Source of the DNA: Eledone cirrhosa
Lineage: Eukaryota
Length of the DNA stretch: 64,000 nt
Assembly: GCA_964016885.1 (NCBI GenBank)
Contig: OZ024747.1
Coordinates: forward strand, 93,062,001 to 93,126,000
Reading direction: 5' to 3'
Every line of letters begins with the position of its first letter. Within the stretch, counting starts at the first letter, position 1. The notes under the pieces were generated by a model. That model did not search any database, was not told the DNA's origin, and was given only the letters and a program-made list of their open reading frames with translations. Of this stretch, positions 51,253-62,918 are shown piece after piece. The translations under genes and the position numbers were made by a program.

Positions 51253-51649
51253 TCTTTATATATATAAAAGCGAGGATGGTGTGTGTGTCTGTGTACAACT
51301 TTGGATACCTAAGGCTTCTACAATTACCAACCGAATTTGACCAAATTTTCTGTGCACGTTGCACAGGTCGCTAAGATTGTCAGATCACAAAAAATGTTCC
51401 AATCGACCCACGTTGAGAAATAAAAAATCGATATCAAAATTATCGGTAGCAAAATTGATGTAAGAGTGATAACCAACTTTATTGACAATCCTTATAAAAA
51501 AAAGGGGGATAACCAACTTTATTGACAATCCTTATAAAGAGACTGCTTATTTTGACAGGTTGGGGACAAATAATGTTCTTCTTTTACTTCCTAGCTGTAT
51601 ATTCTTAGCATAATTTCAAACCCCGAGCAACGCCGGATAAATCTGCTAG
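51253..51649 (+). mobile_element. Non-autonomous Helitron
   Basis: A|TCtttatatatataaaa 5' end, subterminal hairpin ccgagcaacgccgg, 3' CTAG|T, no TSD; internal 31-bp duplication. Confidence 0.85.
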
Positions 51650-53514
51650 TGTATTTCTAAAGTAATAGATTTTTTTTTCGACTTTTCAAAAACACTCATT
51701 TTTTTTCGAAACTTTCAAAAACACTCATTTCATATAGAATTGTTTTTTTACTTTTCAAAAACACATTTCATATAGATGTTTTTTTTTTTTTTACACTTTC
51801 AAAAACACTCATTCTTTTTTTAGACACTTCATTCAGATTCTTAGTTTCTTTGTTTCAACACTTCAAATACACTCTGACAGTCCGGGGGAGACAATTCTAC
51901 ACTACTTTGAAAGAGTTACCTCCCTTTATTACATATTTTCAACTTTAGCGACATCAGTTACACACTTTTTGAATTTAGTGGCCGTAATGGATGTGATGTC
52001 GCTAAAGTGGAGAAACTTTTTAAAAAATGTTAAGGAAAGCAATTCTTTAGTATTTCTTTCTATTAAATAGTTGCTCCCTTCCTATTTATTAGGCTAATCT
52101 TTTTTCAAAGTAACAACATAACTCGTATACATTATGTAGAATTTATAATATATTTTTTGTCAAAATATACTGAACACAACTCGTGTAAAGATTTTTTTAT
52201 TAACAAAGTCTTTTTTCATACAATTCGTAAATAATATGTAAACATTTTTTTATTATTAACAGACACTTCATCACTATTCATGAAACTTCGACTTGTAAAA
52301 TACATTCACAATCAAAATATTCTCTCAGTGGTTACGGCAAACATCACAGCATATGAAGGGGAAGGCTGGATATCTGTAAGAAAAATGAAATAAGAAAAAC
52401 TATGAAAGTCATTTACATACGTTGTCAATAAAAAATTTAAAACTTCATAAAATTCTTCCTGTTTTGTCTTATATTATGTACATATATATAAGTATATACA
52501 TTTAAATACTTACGTTGTCAATTAAAAAAATCTAAAACTTTATAAAAATCTTCCAATTTATTGTTTGTGCAAATATTTACGTGTATACAGTCAAATACAG
52601 TCGAATTCCGTTATAACAAAATTCACGTGGTATAAAAAAAATTGGAACGAAAATTTTTTTAGAATTTTGAATTTTTTCAACGCTCTTGTATGGGCGTGAA
52701 ATATGGGCGGTGAAGACCAGCCTAGAGAACAAATTCAATGTATTTGACACTAAACGCTTACGGAAAATTCCTCACTACAAAACTTGGAATGATGGTGATA
52801 TTATGAAGGTGAACGAAATAAAAATACAATGTTTTAATAAAACTGTAAGTGTAGACGAGAAAAACTTGATGTGCCTGATACAGTGTGACCAGAGATTGCA
52901 GGAGTGTAAGTAAGTAACAGTGTTCATTAAGATGATGTTTGTTTGTTTGATATATATAAACACGATATGAAATGTATGCTTTCTAAAAGGTCGAAAAAAA
53001 TCTATATGAAATGTGTTTTGTGAAAATCTTTAAAAAAATCTGTATGAAAAGTGTTTTCTAAAAAGTCGAAATAAATCTATATGAAATGTATGTTTTTGAA
53101 AGTGTAAAAAAAAAAATGAAATGAGTGTTCATTATCATGATGATGTGTTGGTTCCTTGATCACACAGGAAATGATATATATAAAACAAACGACGATATCA
53201 CAAAGCCAGTATGATACTAATTTATTAAATATAATTTACGCCGAAGTTATATGAAAATACGAGAGGAAGAAAGAAATGAATCGTGTGATGTTTTTTTGTT
53301 AAGATGTGTTTGTTTGTAAAAGTATTATTAAAGTTGTATTTACCATATTTCTGTTGATGTAAAGAACTTCGCTGGCTTGGTCGAAAGAAAGAGAGACCAA
53401 GAGAGAGTAGAACCCAAAGAGTCCCCAAGATGAACTGGTGCCAGACAAAAAAAAATCTATGCAAAAGTTTATTTCATTAAATTGTGTGCATCACACACAT
53501 GCATATATATATAT

Positions 53515-54471
53515 ACTAGACATGAAAAATGCGCAAGCTCAAAAGTGCCACAGAATGTTATAATAAACCTTCAAAAGTGTGGGACTAGAGTTGTTGCTAA
53601 AAAATATTGTAATCATTATATATCGTACATTCTGTGGCATCCTTTATAAAAATAGCTTAAACCAACGAAGCCTTTATTTTTACGCTATTTCACTTAGTTA
53701 ATTCTTAGAGTGTAACATATAAAAATATGATTTACAACTATAAAATAAATTAATTAATATAATAACAGAGCTGCGGAGCTGAAATTTAGGAAATAATGGA
53801 GTATCGGATCCTGAGTTGGAGCCAGTCCATTTTTGGCCGACTCCGCAGCCCTGTATAATACATTTCATATTAAAGTTATTAATAAACCTATTTTACACTG
53901 CATGCAAATTACCATGAGATATTGATATTAGATATAAGATACAGCGCAATATCTACAGCTGTAAAAGTACGAAAGCGAAGTAATAATAAGTGGCTTAAGG
54001 TAATTCCAATATGAAAGTTTGTAGTGATAAAAATTTGATAATGCAATACGATTGTTAATATTATAGTTCTATGAAAATGTAACAATAGATAACTAAATTA
54101 TTTTACTATTAGTATATTTAAGAAATTATCATTATAGATTTGATCGTTCATATAAGCATCATATTAATTTTCAACACAATTATTTTGTTACTATGAGTAT
54201 ATGATAATAATATTACGTAATTATTTATAGCTGTTATTACATTAAACATAGATGTATTTATTTTTATATGTTACACTCTAAGAATTAACTAAGTGAAATA
54301 GCGTAAAAATAAAGGCTTCGTTGGTTTAAGCTATTTTTATAAAGGATGCCACAGAATGTACGATATATAATGATTACAATATTTTTTAGCAACAACTCTA
54401 GTCCCACACTTTTGAAGGTTTATTATAACATTCTGTGGCACTTTTGAGCTTGCGCATTTTTCATGTCTAGT
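53515..54471. mobile_element. Foldback-like element with 213-bp inverted arms (53515-53727 and 54259-54471)
   Basis: Arms read as exact reverse complements by eye; ACTAG...CTAGT termini; 531-bp spacer. Confidence 0.85.
53766..53853. mobile_element. hAT-type micro-MITE inside the foldback spacer
   Basis: TIR cagagctgcggag / ctccgcagccctg; 8-bp TSD tataataa / tataatac (7 of 8 match). Confidence 0.7.
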
Positions 54472-55664
54472 TTAATATTTTTTTAAGGCAACGCTTGTAA
54501 TAACTCTAGTTAAACAGGATATATATTAATAATAAATTATCGTTGTAATGTAATTAGATTATGTAATTGTTATTATAAATTATCTTATAAATATTAGTGT
54601 AAGATGTATAAAAATATTTTCAGACTTTTAATATAAACAACTACAAAAAACAATCAATATTAAATCAATATACATAATAGAAAACATAAAATAAACAATA
54701 CAAAAACAAAATATTTACATACAATTGCAATTATCAGTGTATATACATTTTCTTTATATTCCCTGAGCAAATTAATAAGATTTGTTTTTATTGTACATAA
54801 TTTGATGACTTGTTGGAGTGTATTAAAAGATAGCAACAATTTGTGATTAAATTGTTATCTTAAGCAACTCACTTTTTAATAGTTGTTGGCTGAGCGAAAT
54901 TGTAAAAGCCTATGAGCAAATATAAAAAAAAAATACACAAACAACATTTCCTTGTGTTATTACAACATTAGATAAAATAATTGAGCAATGTCGTTATATT
55001 TTGCTCTTATTGCACATTAATAGTGTTTCTATTTTTCGGCACAAATCCATTACGGCAGTCCATTACTGGTACTTTATTTTATCGAATTAGTAAGTATGAA
55101 AGTCGAAGTTAACCTCGGCAGGATTTGAACTTAGAATGCAAAGGACCATAACAATACTGCAAAGCATGGTGTCTGACGCTCTACCAATACTTGTGTTGAG
55201 CTGGTCATTAATTTATGGTGGTCGTGCGTGGAGTAGAGCAATCGCTAGTTGAAATATTATGAACAAAACATTTTTATTTGCCGAAGAACATATTTTCAAT
55301 ACTGTTTGTGAATGTGACGAAGGAAATACATTCTGATATGGAACAGTGTACAAAGTGTGTCTGTGAATAACATAATGTTACCTCATGTTGTTGTCAAGAC
55401 ATAATGGATTTCGTATATCCAGTTAGAAGATGAAACCTAGCCATCCCGGATTAGTTATATTTCATGCCATGTGTAAACGTGTTTGAGGATAGCAAAATAT
55501 GCGTGTTTCTTGTCTGGAAACTTTCTGCTAAACTGATTGGTTTCGTTTTTGGCACTATACAATACTCATCCAACAGATAGCTGTATTGGATCCTTGATTG
55601 GTTAATATTTAGGTGAAGGTGCTTGATGCAGAGTTAGTGCAAAATGGATCAATGAGTGTAATAA

Positions 55665-56311
55665 TAATAATGATAATAATAATGAAAATATTGTGTACAA
55701 TGCTGAGGTGCACTACAACTCATCAAAAGTGCATATATAATACATAGGGTAATATAAAAACGTCATGAAAAAAGAACAGTGCATGAGTCATGATATACAC
55801 ATATGTGCATGTGTATGGAAGGGGGACATCAGGTGTAGTTTTGGTGTATTTCGGAATGTATGATGGTTTTAAAGGATGCAGTGTGTCATCAGCTAACAAC
55901 TGATGCAGGAAGTTTGTTTCATCCTTCAGCAACTCTGAGCATGAAGAAATATTTCCTAAAGTCATGGGAGCTGTGTTGTTTTCTGACTTTGTAGGCATGT
56001 CCACGTGTTAGACACATGGAGATCAAAAAGGTGTTCGGGGTTGTTGTTGGTCGGATGGTTAATAACTTTGTGGGTGTTTACCAAGTCCATTGCCAGAGGG
56101 AAGCAAAATATTCAGGGTATGGTAGGTGTCTGATGGAGGGTATGCGCTTGGTTGCATGTCTCTGAACAGTTTCCAGGAGGTCAATGTTCTGAGCAAGATA
56201 GGGGTTCCAGACTGATGACGCGAACTCCAAGTGTATTCGTACCATAGATGTATACAGCTTTAAATAGATGACTGGAGAGCAGCTAATGAAGGTCTTGCTG
56301 ATTGATGCCAA
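55665..56311 (-). mobile_element. CR1-like LINE 3' fragment
   Basis: LYTSMVRIHLEFASSVWNPYLAQNIDLLETVQRHATKRIP; same 3' tail as 6420-6745. Confidence 0.88.
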
Positions 56312-56523
56312 GTCAATCTTAATAAATTGACTGATTTATCTGTTCACTACTGCTAATCCACCGCTGTTTGTACAATTTTTTAGATAATGTCAATTTGAGC
56401 TTGAATCATTGGCGTAATGAAATTTGAAAAGATTATAAGCAAATCTTTTTTAAAATACACAGACAACATTTAACTGTATCGTTGCAACATTAGATCTAAT
56501 AATGGAGCAACATTTGTGCAGAA

Positions 56524-56988
56524 TTATTGTTTGTGCAATAAGATATTTGCAGATCTGTACTTGGTCTGCTCTTTAGCCAACTCGGTACGTTTAGAAGCTC
56601 TACGCTCGGCTTGCTTTTGAGATATAATAGCTGAATTTGCAGATCTATACTTGGCCTGCTTGTTTGCCAACTCATACCGTTTTGAACATCTATACTTGGC
56701 CTGTTTTTGTGTTAATTTAGCAAAATTCACAGCTCTATAATCGGCCTGTTTTTGTCTCAACTTCTCCCGATTCCGCATCCGGTAAGCTGCTTTCACATCC
56801 AATTTAATACGCCCATCTAGATTATTAGCACAGGAATGTGAACAAGCTTGTGGGACCGCATCATTGTAAGTATATGAACTGCCTGCAACATCAAGACCCA
56901 ATTCACAAGTGCAGCGTTGCTCATTCACATCGGCAGTGGGGACACCAAAATCAGTGACAGGTCTCGATTCACTCGCGAGATACATCAC
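56524..56988 (-). CDS. 154-aa ORF with about 6 tandem 15-aa basic repeats; probably a transposon-derived coding fragment
   Basis: AAYRMRNREKLRQKQ/ADYRAVNFAKLTQKQ/AKYRCSKRYELANKQ/AKYRSANSAIISQKQ/AERRASKRTELAKEQ/TKYRSAN; higher GC than flanks. Confidence 0.4.
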   Translation of the reverse strand: MMYLASESRPVTDFGVPTADVNEQRCTCELGLDVAGSSYTYNDAVPQACSHSCANNLDGRIKLDVKAAYRMRNREKLRQKQADYRAVNFAKLTQKQAKYRCSKRYELANKQAKYRSANSAIISQKQAERRASKRTELAKEQTKYRSANILLHKQ

Positions 56989-57015
56989 AGCTACACTATA
57001 TATTTAAACATATAT

Positions 57016-57078
57016 ACAGTGATACCTCGCTACTTGGCGGTTCAACTATCGCGGATTCACGATTTCGCGCATTTTTAG
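57016..57078. mobile_element. Tigger/pogo-like TIR remnant
   Basis: TA|cagtgatacctcgctacttggcggttcaactatcgcggattcacgatttcgcg. Confidence 0.55.
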
Positions 57079-57154
57079 AATATATATATGAACACCTAAA
57101 ATTTTTCATTAAATCCATTAAAATATTAATAATAAACACAGTTCTAATCATACG

Positions 57155-57191
<37 letters not shown>

Positions 57192-57279
57192 TAAGTAATT
57201 AATACCGTATAAATGGTACAAAGACTGTTTATGTAAAATGTATTTCTCAACAGAGTATTGAATACTTAGGAGAAATTCA

Positions 57280-57492
57280 AAACGAAGAGTGATAAAATTT
57301 CAAGCAAAGAGTTTAATTAGGTAATGACTTACAAATTTGTTTCAGTATATAGACAAAGCCTGAAGCGCTAATTATAATAATTAGTTAATAATATTACAAA
57401 ATATATTAATATTATATTAAATATATACTGAAACAAATTTGTAAGTCATTACCTAATTAAACTCTTTGCTTGAAATGTTATCATTCTTCGTT

Positions 57493-57493
<1 letters not shown>
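57280..57493. repeat. 72-bp inverted repeat (2 mismatches) with 70-bp AT-rich spacer, followed by (TA)n(GA)n
   Basis: 57280-57351 is the reverse complement of 57422-57493. Confidence 0.85.
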
Positions 57494-57570
<77 letters not shown>

Positions 57571-58899
57571 TCTAGTCCTTCGCTCAAGATTAATCTATAA
57601 GTTTAGATGTCTGCCTTCGTTTAAGTAAATATTACAGTAAGATTTTTAATATAAACAACTACAAAAAACAATTAATATTAAAACGAAAAAATTATCAATG
57701 ATAAAAGAAGCGGATGCAACTTTTTTTTTTATAAAGTTATATTCCTGTTTCTTTAAAGAACATTTCATTTTTGTTCTATTGTAGGCGAAATAATGCAATG
57801 GTTTAATAGGGAAGATATAACTTACCAATTATGTCTCTAACCGTGTAACGCTTTTTAAGTAGATAACTACAATTGAAAATACTAAAGAAATGGAACCAAC
57901 AATTCAATTTGAAAGTCGTCTACTTATAGTGACAGTGTATTACTGGTACTTTATTTTATCGACCCCGTAACGATGAAAGGCAAAAATGCAAATGCTTAAA
58001 ATTTAAATTGCCTTAATTCTATCGTTTGCTGTTTCATTAAAGGGAGATTCTCGTCTGTATTTAATTCTATCGTCTACTGTTCCACTAAACAGATATACCT
58101 CCACTATCGTCTCTATTTATACATTTTAACTTATAACTTATACACATTTGATTTGAAATATTTTATCTAGTCCCCCCTCTCAATATTATGATGATTTCTT
58201 TCGAATTAAACAGTTCTAGTCCTGTAGAAGCCATTTATATATATAATTGAACTGAGTTAAAAATTCACAATATTTATAATTAAATAAGCTCATATATATA
58301 TGTGTGTATTTATCTGTTTATTGTATTATATATAATGTGTGTATATACAGGATGTCCCCCAAAAATATATACACACTTCAACAGCATTCTAATAACTATT
58401 GCCTGTACAGGTAATCAAAGTGTCTAATCGAATGTTAGTTTCGTGTTTTAACAGTACAAATTTACAATACACACATAAAACCAGTGTATATACATACATG
58501 AGTGTGTATACACATACATGAATGTGTATATACAATATATATGTATATATATATATATAGACACATATATTCACGGTGCAACGGAACATTAAAATATAGA
58601 TGCGGGAGGGAGGGGTATATATAGGGGCGCTGGGGATAAAGGAGTGTAAAGCGTGTGTAATTGATATATTGAAGGAGATGAGCGTGCAGCGATAGAGTAA
58701 CAAATATATAGAGAGGGGGAGAGATGGTATTGAAGGGGAGGAGTGCAAAGCGAAAGAGTAAGAGAGATATATATAGAGACGGAACAGAAACAGGCGTAAG
58801 TAACAGTGGAAGAGATATATAGAGAGGGGGAAATGTGTTATTGAAGGGAAGGAGTGTAAAGCGAAAGCGTAAGATATATATATAGAGAGAGGGGGAATA

Positions 58900-58947
<48 letters not shown>

Positions 58948-60169
58948 ACACTTACTCTGATTGGTTGAAAATTAGCCAATGACATACGATCACCACCACC
59001 ACGGCTATCCCCGAAAAATTTATGAAGAAGTTAGGCATATATGTTAGAACACGAAAAGTGAACATTCTGTTGTTTCACACTTTTCGTGTTCTAACAGATA
59101 TATATATATATATATCGACCAGCTCCAAGACTTCATTCGTTTAACGAGTGGGGTAGAGCTCGTCAAATCGGACCGAGGAAACAATGTTTCCATTGCTCTT
59201 TCCAATTGCTAATACTATCTGTCGGTCGCAAATTCTGACAGACGGAGCAACATGAAATAAAGTGTATATCTTTTGTCACATCACCAATCTTACGAGCAGA
59301 TCGATACTGGAGTCGGATCCATAACTACTATGAGTCAGCTTGAGCCAATCCTCTGTGAAACGCGCGTAACAGGTCGTTACGCAATAAATACTTTTCATAT
59401 GTAAACGAAACTTGCTCGTTTTTTTTATTATATATATATACTGAAATATGTTGTATTATATTAGAAATACATTAACACGGGACATCCCATATATATATAT
59501 ATAATATACAGGGTAACCATAAAAACACTCGGCAAAGAGCCCGGGGTTAGCTTTGCTAACGGGGTTGATAAAATAAAGTACCAGTAATACACAAGGAAAA
59601 TTGTTGGCCCTCTGCCAAGAGTAGAAACAATTATTGCATTGATTTTTGCCCACCAACAAAAGGGCCAGACATCGAGTGTCTATGATATCAACCAATACCA
59701 GATGAAACTTTGTTACTTATAAGTATTTGAAATTATATATATTATAAGTATTTGAAATCAAGGAGTGTTTTTGTCGTCACCCTGTATATTGAAATATATG
59801 AGCAGCGGTAGCAATAGCTAAACAAAACTATCGTTTAATTAGTTATTGGTGACATTATGGAGGGATATAAATATACAATATTTCAACAAAAGACTTTAAC
59901 ATAAAATAAAACTTTACTTTACCTTCGGAAAAAATGGTAATAATCCAAGTTTTAAACGTTTATTTTTTCTACAGGTTGGAAAATACGTCTAAAATTTAAG
60001 CAGCCATTTTTTTTCCCGAAATATTTACACCAATCGAGCATGCGCAAAAAATTAAACGCCAGTACGCATGCGCTTAGAATTTTTCAACATACACACCCAC
60101 AGCTATAAAAACCGAAAATAAGTGTAAAATTACACAGAGGAACCAAACTCCCACTGTCATTGCCTCTTG

Positions 60170-61235
60170 CCTTTCCCATCTCTCACTATTCACGTGGACT
60201 GAATAGAGAAGGCGTTTCCATGGAGAAGAGCCATTCCATCTTGCGAGGCTCACACCTGCGGCTAGCCAGTGCTCGACTGCAAACCTGTCGGAGAGTGACC
60301 AATATTTGGAGAGTTTACCCTTCTCAGCCTGAAGTGCAGCATAACCTGGGTTAGTCGCAGACTGCACCAGCTTGCCATTGGAGATTGTGTCGCTGCATGT
60401 GGCATTCCAGATGAGAGGTTTACTACCATGGAACGGGAAGATGGTCATGGTGTCTGGCTTTTTGCCGTCCTCTCGGCTCCAGCTAGGAGGGAAAGCCTAC
60501 AGCATCCAAGCCATGCTTGATGACCTCGTTGAGAGCAGCATGGCGTGGAAGGCGACCGGCACTGTAGCGACAGGAAAGCGACATTTGTAAGGTGGCCTGT
60601 TGCCATCCAAGGTCGTCAAACTCGATATTGCATAACTCCTCAGCTGCCGCTCAAATGCAAGTGTCAAGGTCAGCAAGGAGAGATGCGTGGCTGTAGCACG
60701 GAGCACTATGGAGAGTGTAGAGGAGCTTCAGCATGGCGAAGCAGTTCCTCAACAGGAAGAGGACTGGATGGGCGTCTATTATGCCCAGTTTGCTCGTGAG
60801 CTCCTGGAGCCTAGACTTGAGAATGAGGACATCCTCTTTAGGGATCACAAGTACCTTGAGGAGAATGGATCACACGTCCAAGACAGAGGCTGCTAAGCCC
60901 TGTCCGTGGAAGTTGACATTCACCACCTCTGACTTGGACGAGTTTACCTTGAGGCTGATTCTTGCTAGAGCAGGAGCCATCGATTGCAGGTCGTGGCAGA
61001 CGATCTCCACGATCCCACCCAATGTAGCATCATCCAGGTACCAAACTCTGAAGGGGGGGGGGGGGGGGCGTGATGTTCCAAGTAATGTAGTTTATACCAA
61101 GAGCAAAGAGGGGGGAACCCAAAGGGTCACTCTGCTGAAACCCAGTGGCTGAAGGTATGACCGTGTCAGCAGAAAGGAGCATGCTCAGGGCTCCATACGA
61201 CAGGTAGGCCAGTGGGTAGTAAAGGGGGCTCAGCT
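60170..61235 (-). mobile_element. CRE-like non-LTR retrotransposon fragment (RT plus restriction-like endonuclease), degenerate
   Basis: - strand VWYLDDATLGG..LKVNSSKSEV, LLRNCFAMLKLLYTLHSAPC and KPDTMTIFPFHGSKPLIWNATCSDT (RPDG..WDATC RLE motif). Confidence 0.8.
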
Positions 61236-61964
61236 AAGGCAGGCCTTAATATATTAAAACATAACAAAATGATATTTAGACAGAAGAAGATTTTTAAAAA
61301 CAGCCAAAGTGTGCTTTGAAAAAAGTCGAAAAAGAATCCAAACTGAGGTTAACTTTGTTGATAAATAAAATAATAGTCCAGTTCAGTACTGAGGGAGTGA
61401 TTCTTTCTCTATATCTCTTTCTTACTTTCTCCCTCACCCACTCTCTTTCTCTAAGAAGAAAAAGTGTCAGTTGCCTCTTAGCGTAATGGTAAGGTACTAA
61501 CTAACACCGTATTCGAGAGATATGACATTTGATTCTTCGTAAGCGTCTCTGTCTATATTATATATAATATATATATATTATATAATATAATATATATATA
61601 TATATATATAGCCTTACCTGTTTTGTATTTTCTCCATCTCCACCTATAATTAAACCAATACAACCACAAGAATAATGCAATTTTAAACCTATTTCTTGGC
61701 TTCGGAAAAAAACACGTAAGAAAAAAAAGATCACTTTTGAAGGTTTCAGTTTTTTATTTTTAAAATTCTTTGACATGAATTTTTCTTCTTCTTTTGTCTA
61801 AATACATTTTTCTTCTTCAGACAATATTTTAGCAGGTTTTGCGGAACGATTCCTTTAGCAATTGTAAAGTGTGAGCCCTTATAACATCAGTGATACGGTT
61901 TAGTACAGAACTAAAGGGAGAATATGATATCTTCAACAATAATAAGTGACTGCTTTGCCCTGTG

Positions 61965-62265
61965 TCAGTAAACAGGGGCCCTATTAATTTATGATAGGAG
62001 TGCGCCTAGCCCTGTATGGTTGAACAAACAACAGGGACTCTGTTAAGTAACAATGGGGGAATGTGCCTAACTCTGCATAACTGAACAGGCCGGGAACTCT
62101 ATCAATAATAGGAGAGTGTGCTTAACTCTGTACAATTGAACAAAGAACAGGGACCCTATTCAATTATAATAGGAGTGTGCGTGTCTAACCTTGTATGGTT
62201 TTACAGACCAGAGACCCTATTAATCTATAATAGGAGGATGTGCTTTACTCTATGTGGCTGAACTA
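61965..62265. repeat. Degenerate 60-bp tandem repeat, about 5 copies
   Basis: Recurring caggga.cct.tt aa.. ataggag.gtgc.c.taac.ctgta..gttgaaca. Confidence 0.75.
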
Positions 62266-62918
62266 GAAAGGAAAATACTAGAGGAAATCAGTGCAGCACA
62301 GAATGTAAGACCAGATTAATAAATACGAAACTTATAATAAAAGGAATAAATAATATTCAGGATCTCTAAAGTAGCAGTAAATCAGCCAGACAAACTATCA
62401 AGAACAGATTTTATACAGAGTATGTTGCAAAGAAAAAAACCCATTATTGTAGAGTATTGAGCAAATATATTAGGATACTGCACAGCTCAATATCAAAGTA
62501 AGGAATAATGATTACCAATAGTGGATCACAGTTCAATTGCAGTGCTGACTTGAAAGTAAAGTTCAGCTGAAAACAGAGCTAATCCTCTATATTAAATTAA
62601 ATTTAGTCTATACAAATGCTTTATATATTATAGAAGGTGGAGCACTAAAGATTGATTCTAAACTTAACAACTAACCCCTAAATTCAAATCCCAATAACAT
62701 CTAACGCTAACCTTAAACAATGAGCATGAACATTAAGTCTAACTTTAAACCAGCATTCCTAAGCCCTAAAACACTAGCAATAACCATACCATATATCAAA
62801 TCAAATTCTGTGTTAGGTCTAACATTAATTCTACTCTTAACAGAAAATTCCAACAAACCACGTTAAGCTTGTACTAACTCCTAAAGCCATCTGCTGTCCT
62901 AACACTAATTATAACATA

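Noticed and set aside
49836-60073. GCGCATGCG (NRF1-like) motifs and CCAAT boxes as a promoter
   Set aside because: The motifs lie inside repeated elements and no adjacent first exon is identifiable.
62655-62905. Interstitial telomere (also 44170-44225)
   Set aside because: Only scattered CTAA/CCCTAA words with no tandem TTAGGG array.
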